A program made the translations under genes and the position numbers. The notes beneath the pieces are model-generated. The model saw only the letters and a list, made by a program, of their open reading frames with translations. It was not told the DNA's origin and searched no databases. From Piromyces finnis finn (lineage: Eukaryota; Fungi; Neocallimastigomycota), in NCBI GenBank assembly GCA_002104945.1, contig MCFH01000036.1, positions 372,001 to 436,000 on the forward strand: DNA of 64,000 bases, written 5' to 3'. Of this stretch, positions 23,281 through 39,166 are shown in pieces. Each line of letters opens with the position of its first letter. Within the stretch, counting starts at the first letter, position 1.

Positions 23281-23700
23281 TGTGAATGTACATTATTGTA
23301 CGTTACCACATCAGTACGACGTCGGCACAATCACCCTTCTGGGCAGGGCTAATATGGAATGGCTTATTGCTCTTAACGATCCTTTCATACAAGACCAAAC
23401 TACCAACACCAGTGATCTCCTTGAACCTGTATTAGCGAAGGATAATTAACGATGAGAACAACCCTCAAAGATCATAGTTAGTAGTCTGTGAATTTATTGA
23501 TACCCCTTCCTATGAATATTCTAAACAACAGAGGAAAAACCGCTAGTAACGGAGAAAACTGCCTATCAGAATTAGAATAGAGTCTGGTGGCATGATTATA
23601 CTTACTTGAATTAACCTTTAACCCCTATTCTTTTGGGGCAAACCTGAAACAGGAAAATCGCTAAAGAACTGTCAATGGCGGGGGTTGAACCAGGAGCCTT
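23281..23700 (-). other. GC-richer island headed by a tRNA-3'-half/B-box-like sequence (possible SINE or repeat relic)
   Basis: The minus strand reads GGCTCCTGGTTCAACCCCCGCCATTGACA, matching B-box GGTTCRANNCC with tRNA-like spacing to the 3' end. No A-box or 5' half is present. Confidence 0.35.
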
Positions 23701-26700
23701 ATGAAATTTTTATAATTCATAAATTATATTATTGTATTATATATTTTAAGTTTTGTATTAATAATCTTTCAAATCATCTTTCATTCAATAAGGTAAAAAA
23801 ATTAATTTATATGACTCTTTTTTTTTTAAATAAAATTAGGAATAATATCCAATAAAAATAAAAGACTTTTTAAAATCTTGTGTAACACTACCAAAATATA
23901 TCCAAAAGAGAATAAATCAAAATTAAAAAAAAAAATTTTTAAAGATGTAATTTTCCTTTGTTCTTTCTTTTATTATAATTATATTTTTAATAGTAAATAT
24001 TAATAAAGGGAATAGTTAAAAATATAGTAGTAAATAAAAGCATCTATTTATATTATATTATTATATATGTTATTCTTTTTTTAAAGTTAGGCATTATTCA
24101 TTTAACATTTTCATTTTGTATATTAAAAAAATAATTTAAAAATTACTCTTGTTTTTTTAATAAATTTTGGATCGGATATCAAGTCATTAAAATTTTAAAA
24201 AATATTTTAAAAAATATTTTAATATTATTTGTATGAAATATCAATACATTATTTAAATTATATACACATTATTGATGTTATATACATATTCTAATATTAT
24301 TTTACTAATTACTCTATATTTTTTTATAAGAAGTATATAAATTTATTAATTGATAATCAATCTTTTGATAACTTTATTAATCACTAAATATAAAACAATA
24401 TATATCAAAATCAAATAATAAAGAAATTTATGAAAAATACCTTTAAAATGTTAGAAATTTAATCCTTGAATAAATGGATATAATAATTCATGTTGTTCAT
24501 ATATTACGTGTAATACTAAAAATTACTATTCTATGAAATAAAAATTAGAATATAATAAATCTAACCTATGTTACACTTTTAGTCAACAACAATAGTATTA
24601 CTAATGGTGACATTACTTTTACTAATGATTATGAATACGAATAATGCTATAAAACTATTATAGAAAACTAGTACTACTACTAATCTATTACAACATCAGA
24701 GGTTATCCTTACTGATACTTTTTCCTTCCGAATTTTTAAAAAAAATTCGGTAATGAAGATGATATAAAAAAATATGTGACTTTGAACATATTATTATTAA
24801 ATTCATATAGTTTTGTTATAATATTAACTATTTCCTATAATGTATAAGAATGTAATACAAGTGTAAGAACTTGTAATGTAAAATAATACTATAGATGTAT
24901 TATCCATACAATTCCAGCCTTATTATTGGTCATTTGGTTATTAGGTAGGCTTCATTCGTATAAATAGAATAGTGAATAATTATTATTAAGAGGGCTTCTT
25001 GTTTTTAGTTAAAGTTTTAATAGTTAACAACGACGAAGTTAATGTTTTAGTTTTAGTATTTAGACAGAATAGAAATATTGGAATGTAATAAATAAAGTTA
25101 TTAATAAAACATATATTATTAAAATTAAATTCTTTCTATACATAAAATTAACCCGTATCAATGAAATTGTCACATGATACCATTTCTTTTATATTTATAG
25201 AATGAAGAAAATCTATTTTAATATATTTATGAATTTCTATAATAATATTAATATTATATTGTATCCACATTAGAAAAATAAGAATAATAAGAATATATTG
25301 ATTTATTATTGAATTTAATTATTAAATTAAAAATTCACCACAATTTAATTTATTTTAATTAGTTTTTCAAATGTAATATATTGTATCATATAATGTAATA
25401 TATTTAGTTAATATTTGAATTATAAAAGAAAAAAAGAATGTCGTTATTCAGCAGCTATAAGAAAAAAAAAATCTAAATTTCTTTAATAACGATTTAAAGT
25501 TAAACGCTTTAATAATCATTATAAACATATTATTATGTTTATATTTTATTATTTAATAATGATAATAAAACTTGGTTATTTCTTACTACCTTTAGTTGAT
25601 GGCGCTTTTTTTTTTTTTTTTTGAGTAAAAACATTTTATAATAATTAAGGTTTATGCACATTTAAGATTTTATAAATAAATAAATAAATGGATAATAAAA
25701 TTCGAATTTAATTTGGTTATTATTAAATATAAAATTCATATATTATAATATATAGTATTTACATTTAATAATATAATAATTTGTATTCTTTTCATAATGA
25801 ATAATAATTAAAAAAAGATAATTAAAAAAACACCAACAACTAATAATGAATAATAATGAATAGTATAAAGAAAACTTGTAAAATGTTGAGCAAGGTATAA
25901 TGAAATGAAATAGGTATTTATTGAAATTCAAATAGTATTTTTAAGAAAATATATTCCAGTTTCCCTTTCTAATCAATATTATAGAATTCTTTTTTAAAGA
26001 AATTATATTTGAATATAAAAAGTAATAATTAAAATGATTCAAAAATCATATTTATTAATAAAAAAAGTGTAATATCTTTGTAATCCGTTATATTTTCATA
26101 ATATAAATATCTAATATTGGCATCATTAGTCAATATTTGTTTCTTTTTTTTTTTCATATTTATTTATTATTCTTTCATGCTTATTTTACCATTCATTATT
26201 ACTACTACTACTAATAATAATAAAAAAAGCTTTTTGACTTTTATTTTTTTTTATAATGAATGATTTATTTTGTACACCTTTTTTCTTTTGGTATACGAAC
26301 TATATTTAATAATAAAACTAAGAAAAAGTGGTAAAAAAAATTTTTTTTTTTAATTATTAATTATTTACATTTTTCTATTATTTAAATATTGTTAAAGAAA
26401 AAAAAAAAAAATTAAAGAAAAAAGAAAAGAAATAAAATTATAAAAAAAAAAAAAAAACTAATCTAAAATATTAAATAAAAACATTTTCTTTTTTATAAAA
26501 AAGAAAATATGTTATATAATTAGTAATAATATACTCATAATAATAACTTTAATAATAATAAAATATAAAAAAAGGTGAATATATAATTAATTATATTACC
26601 AATACTAATTATTAATAATATGTAAAAATATATTAGCGTAAAAAACAAGGTAAAAAAAAAAAAAAAAAAAAAAAAATTGTAAAACTAATTTTAAATTTTG

Positions 26701-27813
26701 AAAAAAAAAAGAAGAGTTATTTCAATTTTAATTTGAAATTTAAAAAGTTAAAAAGTCAAGCAAAATTTTAACAATAATTTCCATAGAAAGAATTATTACA
26801 ATTTTTATAAAATTTATATTTAACCAAATAAATATTACATTTAATTACCACACTTTACCATTTTATTTAAACTTTTACTCTATAAAATATTATAAATAAT
26901 ATAAATGAAAAACTAATTCATTTTTTTATATCAATTATTTAAATATTATGTATATAGTTTTTATAATTTATTATTATTATTACTATTAATATTTCAAAGG
27001 AAAAAGTCATATTTTTTATATTTTTTTTTTTAAAAAAAGGAGTTTAAATAATAATAGTATATTTGTTATTATTTTATTATCCTTTTAAACACACTCATTT
27101 AATCCAAAAATTATTCAAACTTTTAATAATAATGGATTACTAAAGTTTTTAATTAACGAGACATTTTGAACATTCATTGAATATTTCTTAAACCTAAAAT
27201 CAATAATATATAGTTTCATAAAAGTTTGAATATATATTTAATATTTCACGTAAAAGAAATACAGTAATATTCACTTTATATCTTTATATTTGAACTTTAA
27301 AAATATCTATTAATATCAAGTCAAAAATAATAAATATTTAATATCAAATCATATTTTATTTTTTTTTATATTTTTAATGTTTTATATATTTATTATTTTT
27401 ATCTTCAAATTAATACACATACTATAAATACTTATCATTAATATTATCAATATACTAATAAATGTAAATTCTTCGTTTATTATTGATTTTATAACATTGA
27501 TAAAGGAAAATATAATTCATTGTAAATTATCATTGTTGACAACATATTTTTGAGTTCATTATAAAATTCATTTTTATTAATAGAAATTCCAACAATCTAC
27601 ATAGTTTATAGCATAAAAGGAAAAAAGAAAGAAAGAAAGAAAAAAGAAAAAAAAAAACTAACCAATTATAAAGTTGAAAGAATATATTATACAAATAATC
27701 TGTAATTTATTCATTTTATATTTTTTATATTATTATATATCCAAAAAGGCTCAAATTATATATTACTTTTTTTTTTTTGTTATTCAGCTTCACATTTAAC
27801 ATACTTTGAAAAA

Positions 27814-30800
27814 ATGAATGTAGAATTTCTAACTTTAGCTGTTTCAATTGTTTTATTAGTTCTTATTATATTAATCTTAGCATTAAAGTTGAAAAGTGAT
27901 GATAAAAAACAAAAATATAAAAGGTCATCATCACTAGCCCTTTACAATTCAAATTATAATTCAAATAAAAATTCCAACGAAAATCTTTATCAAAATGAAA
28001 TATATCGTATGGAGAGTAATGATAATGGTAGTAATGTAAGTAGTGCTAACAATAGTACAAGCCCAAATGATATTGTTAATATTGAAGACAACATACCGTT
28101 TAATAGTGTAAACGGTGCTAATAATAATAAAAAGAAAAAAATGTCAAACTATTTTACTACTAATCCATTAAAATCACTCTTTAATTCTGATTCAAATGAA
28201 GAAACATTAAATTCTATGGAGAAAGATAATTTGAATTATTATCAAAAAAATAATAGTAATACAAAATACTCAACAATTAATAATCATCCTAATCCATATT
28301 ATGCTGAAAGAGGAATAGGTGTAAAAAGTCAAAATAATAATCCTGGTTTTTCTCATATAGATAATCAAAGAGCTTCATTAACAACAAATATAGATATAGA
28401 AGAACCTAATAAAATACACTTAAATCAATATAATCCACGTTATAATATTACTTATAGAAACAGAAATGATTTTGTAGAAGAAAATCAATTAAATAATGAT
28501 GGAAAAAATAAAGTATCAACTAATATTATGGTTAATCCACCAACAGAAGGAATTCTTGTAAACAGAAAAGCCAATAATAGTCCGTTAGAAAAAACGAATT
28601 CTTCAATAAAAGGTCGTGTATCATTTTATGATCCATATCGTGATGAAATTCTAAGACAGGACTCAACATCATCTTCAATCCAAGTATACCCAAATAACAA
28701 TAATAATTATAATAATAATAGTAATAACAATCTACGTCCACCAAGTATGGATGAAAATAATCTTCCATCTTTTGAAGATTTTATTAATTCTGTAGATGGT
28801 TTTGGCAAAGAAAATATTACTAAAAAAATGGATTTTGATGAAAATATTGACAATTCTTTAATGAAAGAAAGACGCATGTCAACTTCTAACCCAATCTTGG
28901 ATAATACTCCAAAAATTAATATAGAAGATATTGAAACAAAATCTCAATCCCTACCAAGAAAAAAATCAAAAACATTGTCTTGGGGACCTCCATCTGTCTA
29001 TGCTATTAATAATGAAGATGATTCTCAAAGTGATTCTTCTAGCTTTGTTGGAGAAAGAGGTTTTTTCCAACCCAATTTCTCACCACAAAACTTTGAAGAT
29101 AATGCTTCTTTCGATTCTACTTTCTCGGCAACTTCATTTGATACCAAATGTAAAACACAATTTAATACTCAATATAACTCTAAATATGAAAGACCTGAGT
29201 TAATCAGCAGTCTTGTAAAACCAAAAAAACCAAAACTTCCACCAATTGTACCTAGATCAACTTCTCTCCATGTACCTCCTCCAATCATGGCTAACAGAAA
29301 TAGTTTCGTTGGTATGAATATGAATAACACGGGCAATATGAATATAAATAATATGAATAATATGAATAATATAAATAATATAAATAACATGAATAATATG
29401 AATAATATGAACAATATGAACAATATGAATAATATAAATAACATGAATAATATAAATAACATGAATAATATAAATAACATGAATAACATGAATAATATGA
29501 ATAATATGAATAATATGAATAATGTGAATAATATGAATAATATGAACAATATGAATAACATGAGCAATATGAATAGCATGAATAACATGAATAATATGAA
29601 CAATATGAACAGCATGAATAACATGAGCAATATGAATAGCATGAATAACATGAATAATATGAACAATATGAACAGCATGAATAACATGAGCAATATGAAT
29701 AGCATGGATAATATGAATAATATGAACAGCATAAACACTATGAATAATATGAACAATATGAACAATATGAATAATATAAATAACATGAATAATGTCAATA
29801 ATATGAACAATATGAACAATATGAATAATGAGAATAATGAGAATAATATGAATAATATGAATAATATGAATAGTATAAACAGTATGAATAATGTGAACAA
29901 TATAAATAATATGAACAAATTATATACTAATAATATAGATAATCCAAATCAGGATAAAACAACTATAACCAATACTTTAAATGAAAATAACAGTAATGAT
30001 CCCAATATTAATAACAATTCATTCAATACTGAAAGTAATCCAATTGATAAATCTGTAAATGATATGAATAATACATCAATATACAGTAATAATCATAGTA
30101 CTGGAGAATATGTAAATAATGAAAACAGAAATGTTGTTAGTAAAAATGATGAAATTCAAAACAATAGCACTCAAGGAAATGATAATCCTTCCGAATACTT
30201 CAAAAATCAACAAAAATTCCAAGAAAATTATGATAAATCAAAGCAACTTTATCAACAAACTGTTCAAGAAAATCAAAATCTTATTAATAACTTTATTTCT
30301 GGTTCAGCAGCTACCCCAATTATAGGTAGCAACAACAACAACAACAACAATAACATAAATTCAAATGATGAATCTATGTTTAGTCCAAATCTTTCACATT
30401 TATCTTCAAGGAATAGCGTTCAAAGCTATCAAGATTCTTCTTTTGCTATCATGACAAATTCATCTGCCATTATGGATAGTTCAATTATATCTCATTCAAA
30501 TCGATCATCTCTTAATCCTGATAGTATAAATAGTATTACTTCATCAGCAAATCAACATCAAGTATTAAATAATTCAGTTTCTTCTATAATTGAACATCAA
30601 CCTTCTAATTCAAATCAACTATTAATTAATGCAGTATCAAATAATGTTATAATTAATAAAAATCCTTTATCAACAGATGTTCTTCTTAATCAGCAACAAA
30701 TTATTAATCATCAAACTGATAGTGCTTCTATTACTAGTCAATCATCCATTATGAGTAGCCAAAGCTCAATTCAAAATTCACCTATTGTTTCTGCAACTGT

Positions 30801-31776
30801 TATGGGTAGCCAAAGTTCAATTCAAAATTCACCTGTTGTTTCTGCAACTGTTCCTTCAAGTCAAACCAATTCACTTAAAAATCTAGCCATAAATAATAAT
30901 AATGGTAGTAGTTCTACTTTAGATACAATGAATAGTTACACTTCACCTTCTCTCCAACCAGTGAGCAAATCCCCATTTATTACCTCTAGTACTTCGCCTT
31001 CTCTCCAACCAACAAGTACGTCACCATATATTACTTCTAATGTTTCACCTTCTCTCCAACCAACAAGTACATCACCATATATTACTTCTAATGCTTCACC
31101 TTCTATAAATTCAGTTGTTCCTAATCAAGCTTTATCTCCTCAAATTTCACCATCTATTAATCCACTCATCATTACCACTCAAGGCCAACAATCTATCAAT
31201 ACTGAAAGTTCTTCATCTCTCACATCAACAACAACTCAAGCATTAACAGTGGTAAATGATAATAATAATGTACCTACTGTAATGATTTCACAGCAGAATA
31301 GTTTTCCAAATCAAACTTCCATAACTTCGATTCCTAATCCTAATATATCAGAAATCGTTAGTAATGGAGCTCAAACGAATGAAAATTTCAACAATTCTTC
31401 ATATCAACCTACTTCAGCTGATAAATCTATTATTAATAATCTTTCTAACATACCAGAGATCTACAATAGTACTGTAGAGAGTATTGATTTTGATACTACT
31501 ATCTCTTCCTCGTATTTTGAAGGATCACTTTCTAGCACCTCACAAGCTCAATTTTCTTCAAATATTTATGTAGAAAATATAAACGCTAATTCAAACATGT
31601 CAACAGAAAATTTTATTCCAAAAGCAAGTGTTGACAAATTAATGGTTGATCGACCATTTAATAGTCATAGAATAAGTAATAATCCATTCATTAATGATAT
31701 GGTTAGCAACAGTAGCAATAGTATTATCAGTAATCCAGAAAATAATATAGATGATGACAATCCATTCAATATATAA
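27814..31776 (+). CDS. 1320-aa single-exon protein: N-terminal membrane anchor plus a disordered N/S-rich body with an (MNN)n tract
   Basis: Uninterrupted ORF; hydrophobic FLTLAVSIVLLVLIILILAL followed by basic residues; no globular domain recognised. Confidence 0.8.
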   Translation: MNVEFLTLAVSIVLLVLIILILALKLKSDDKKQKYKRSSSLALYNSNYNSNKNSNENLYQNEIYRMESNDNGSNVSSANNSTSPNDIVNIEDNIPFNSVNGANNNKKKKMSNYFTTNPLKSLFNSDSNEETLNSMEKDNLNYYQKNNSNTKYSTINNHPNPYYAERGIGVKSQNNNPGFSHIDNQRASLTTNIDIEEPNKIHLNQYNPRYNITYRNRNDFVEENQLNNDGKNKVSTNIMVNPPTEGILVNRKANNSPLEKTNSSIKGRVSFYDPYRDEILRQDSTSSSIQVYPNNNNNYNNNSNNNLRPPSMDENNLPSFEDFINSVDGFGKENITKKMDFDENIDNSLMKERRMSTSNPILDNTPKINIEDIETKSQSLPRKKSKTLSWGPPSVYAINNEDDSQSDSSSFVGERGFFQPNFSPQNFEDNASFDSTFSATSFDTKCKTQFNTQYNSKYERPELISSLVKPKKPKLPPIVPRSTSLHVPPPIMANRNSFVGMNMNNTGNMNINNMNNMNNINNINNMNNMNNMNNMNNMNNINNMNNINNMNNINNMNNMNNMNNMNNMNNVNNMNNMNNMNNMSNMNSMNNMNNMNNMNSMNNMSNMNSMNNMNNMNNMNSMNNMSNMNSMDNMNNMNSINTMNNMNNMNNMNNINNMNNVNNMNNMNNMNNENNENNMNNMNNMNSINSMNNVNNINNMNKLYTNNIDNPNQDKTTITNTLNENNSNDPNINNNSFNTESNPIDKSVNDMNNTSIYSNNHSTGEYVNNENRNVVSKNDEIQNNSTQGNDNPSEYFKNQQKFQENYDKSKQLYQQTVQENQNLINNFISGSAATPIIGSNNNNNNNNINSNDESMFSPNLSHLSSRNSVQSYQDSSFAIMTNSSAIMDSSIISHSNRSSLNPDSINSITSSANQHQVLNNSVSSIIEHQPSNSNQLLINAVSNNVIINKNPLSTDVLLNQQQIINHQTDSASITSQSSIMSSQSSIQNSPIVSATVMGSQSSIQNSPVVSATVPSSQTNSLKNLAINNNNGSSSTLDTMNSYTSPSLQPVSKSPFITSSTSPSLQPTSTSPYITSNVSPSLQPTSTSPYITSNASPSINSVVPNQALSPQISPSINPLIITTQGQQSINTESSSSLTSTTTQALTVVNDNNNVPTVMISQQNSFPNQTSITSIPNPNISEIVSNGAQTNENFNNSSYQPTSADKSIINNLSNIPEIYNSTVESIDFDTTISSSYFEGSLSSTSQAQFSSNIYVENINANSNMSTENFIPKASVDKLMVDRPFNSHRISNNPFINDMVSNSSNSIISNPENNIDDDNPFNI
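29338..29915 (+). repeat. Coding 9-bp minisatellite (ATGAATAAY)n encoding (MNN)n, containing a 63-bp higher-order repeat
   Basis: About 65 MNN-type triplets; the unit MNNMSNMNSMNNMNNMNNMNS restarts at 29551, 29614 and 29677. Confidence 0.95.
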
Positions 31777-31853
31777 TAAAGTATAAGAATTAAAATTTAA
31801 AGGTTAAAATTAATATATATATCTACATATATTATAATTATTGTTGGGACTAA

Positions 31854-31885
<32 letters not shown>

Positions 31886-32463
31886 TAATAATAATAGTAT
31901 TATAATATCATAGTAATAATAATAAAAAATATTATTTTATTCTATCTATTAAATATAATGAATATACTAATATTATTTTTTATTAATCTTTCCTTAATTA
32001 ATTAGTTATTATTATTATTTTATTTTTATTATTTACTTTATTGTAAATAATACCATATGGATTCAAGAAATATTCAATAATAGTTGATTATTAATAATAT
32101 ATATATTATTAATAATAAGAAAAATTTTAATATTTATACATATTAATAATTTTAGAAATATTTTATTAATAAATAAAATAGAAAGTGTAAAAAAAAAAAA
32201 AAAAAGAAAAAGAAAAAGACAGAAAAAATATTAAATATAAATATAATGTATATAAATAAATAAATAATAATATATATTTTTATATTAAAAAAAAAAAATT
32301 AAATATTTTTTGCATTTTTAATTTTTTTTGACTTTTTATTTCTTTAATTTTTAATGTTACTCAATATAATAAATATATTTTTTATTTTATTTTTATCTTT
32401 TTTTCTCTAGACTTATTTTCAATAGTATCGTTGAATTTTTTTTTTTATATATATATATTAAAA

Positions 32464-35991
<3,528 letters not shown>

Positions 35992-36459
35992 GTTTAACAA
36001 TAAGGGCTAGCAATATAAGAAAAAGCTTAATTGAAATATATCTTTATTATATTTTTTTTAGGCAATTAAAAATTTGTTTACTTTATGTTTCTTATTTATT
36101 ATTAAAATAAGTAATTAAATAAATTTTGATTAATTTTGTAAAAAAAAAAAAAAATTAAAATTGTGATTGCTTAAGTTTCTTTTATAAAAGATTGCCTATT
36201 TAAATAATATAGTTTATTAATAATGTATATATTTTTATTTATTTGTTATAAAAATAAAAAAATAATAATAAAACATTTATTTAGTAATAATTAATATATT
36301 CATTTATATATATATAATTATTTATTTATTTCTCTATTGTTATTTATTTATTTATAAGGAATAAATTATTTAATTATTATGTTTATATTTATTTATTAAT
36401 ATATGCCAATTTATTTAAATGTTATTAATTTATTTAAATGTTATTAATTTATTCATTTA

Positions 36460-36841
<382 letters not shown>

Positions 36842-37453
36842 CTTTGTTTTATTATTAAATACTTGTAATAATAACCATTACTATGAATATTTGATACCTT
36901 TTTTATTACTATTTTTATGATATATTAAAGTTTTCAATAAAATGCTCTTTGGTCAAAAAGGTTGGCTAAACTCTTTATATTAGTAATTATGAAACTTTCT
37001 TTTTTTTACTACCATTTATATTAAAATAAAATTTTAATTATTATGAAATTGGTGATATAAATTAATTAATTAATTATACAACAATTTTAATTCGATTTTT
37101 CCATAATTTATTGAAACAAAAAATATAAATAATAATTAAAATCCTTAACTTTAAAAAAAGTAAAATAAAGTATAGAGATTTCAAAAAACATTTAAATCTT
37201 TATAACAAAGAAATTTTAAAAATATACCAATAATAAAACATTAAAAAATAAGTAAACTATAAAAAAATATATATTAAATATTAATTCTCACCATCTTTTA
37301 AATAAAATCAATTAATTTTTATAAGACATAATTAATAAAAAATAGTATTTCAATATCATAAGGATAAAATCAATAAATTGAATTTTAAAAAAAATAATAA
37401 AAATAATTATATATAGTAATAACAATAAATATACAAGATATATAAACTATACT

Positions 37454-39166
37454 ATGAATAAAAATTCAAATTATTCAAATTTAAATTATGAAACTGGATA
37501 TAACTATAAACAATATAAAGGGAATTTCTTAGTACCATTTCTAGAAGAAAAACAAGTCACAATTGTATATGTTCATGGTTTTTTAGGAAGCAAAAAAACT
37601 TTCCATGAATTTCCAGATATAATAAAAGATAAATTAAAATTATACAATGTTGAGGTATATAATAAGGTAAAATACAACAGTTTCCAATAAAAAATAATAT
37701 AATTTATGCATATTTTATAGTCATACAAAATCAATTATTATTATTGAAAAAAAAAATAGTAATGAAGATAAATCAATAAGATAATAAAATAATAATAATT
37801 ATTTTTAAAATAAAATAAATAAGATATTTCCAGCTTTTGATACTAATGGTGTATTTGAAGATTTTGTTAATATGATTATATCTTGGTTATACTCACAAGA
37901 AATAATACATCCAATTATACTAATGGGACATTCCATGGTAAGGAAATTCAATCGAAAATAATAATAATATATATATATAAAAGAAAAGAAAGCTAATTTA
38001 AAAGCTTAATATATATTTACAATTTAAAGGGTGGTATTCTCAATGCTGATGTATATAGGTATGTGTTTAATAAATTTAAAAAACAATAAAATTATTATTA
38101 AGTTTTTTATCATTTATATATTCTTTTTTAATAATATTATAGAAAAATATCAAAAGGAGATGTTAGTCCAGAGCTTAAAGATAAAAAGCCACCAAAAATT
38201 GTTGGTGTCTTTGGATTTGATACCCCGTACTTTGGTCTTTCAAGTTCTGTTGCTGGAGGTGGTGTTAGAAAATTAAAAGAATCATTAACAAAAGCTTCTA
38301 AAAAAGTATCTTCTAAATTAGCAGAAAATTATACTAATGAAATGAACGACGAAATGAAATTATTAGAAGATGGACAAAACAATTATAGTAATCAGAGAGA
38401 AATTCCAGAATGCAGTAGTGAAAGTAGTTTTTCTCAAGATATTAAAATAATACAACAAGTAAATAAAAATACAATTACTAATATTGCTAATAATAGTGGT
38501 AATAGTGGTAAAAAACGTTGGAGATTATTAAGTAGTGTTGTTTTAAGTGCAGCAAATGTAGCAGCATTTGGATCTGCGTTATTAGATTCTGAAACAAGAG
38601 GTGTTTTAATTAATAACGGTAATCAACATTGGAACGAAAAAACTCAATGTATTATTAATTACGCAAAATTTTTGGAACCCTTAATGGAAATTCGAAATCA
38701 ATATCAAAGAGTAGACGATTTAATTAATGGTGCTAGAAGAAGTATAATGTATGGTGGGGAACGTTTCAAATTTAAAAACTATTATCCTATTGTAAGTAAT
38801 TATATTTAATATTGGAATTTAAATGATATATAACTAAATATAATATATATTTCTAAAAATCATGTTATTATACTGTTTAATATTTCATATACTTTACTTA
38901 ATATATGATATGCAATATACATTTATTATATATATTAAAAGACTCAAATTAATAAAAACGGAACAACTAACAGTTCAACATTTATTTGTTTACCACAAGA
39001 TACAAGATACTTAAAATATTTTGATCCTGTTCTAGGACCAAGTAATTCACCAGACGTCGTTTACTCTCATACTAAAATGTTCAATTCCCAACTTAATTTA
39101 GAAAATATGAACAAATTAATAGAGAAATGTTTAATAGATTTATACAAAGTTATTAAAAGTATGTGA
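37454..39166 (+). CDS. Alpha/beta-hydrolase (DUF676/lipase-like); exons 37454-37666, 37824-37937, 38030-38058, 38143-38791, 38942-39166
   Basis: VYVHGFLG oxyanion motif, GHSM|GG nucleophile elbow split by an intron, GFDTPYFGL, C-terminal DVVYSHTKMF (candidate catalytic His); GT-AG junctions keep frame. Confidence 0.85.

Noticed and set aside
24560-25080. Possible decayed coding relic (..QPYYWSFGY..), vaguely dockerin/CBM-like
   Set aside because: No consistent frame or cysteine pattern; cannot be assigned.
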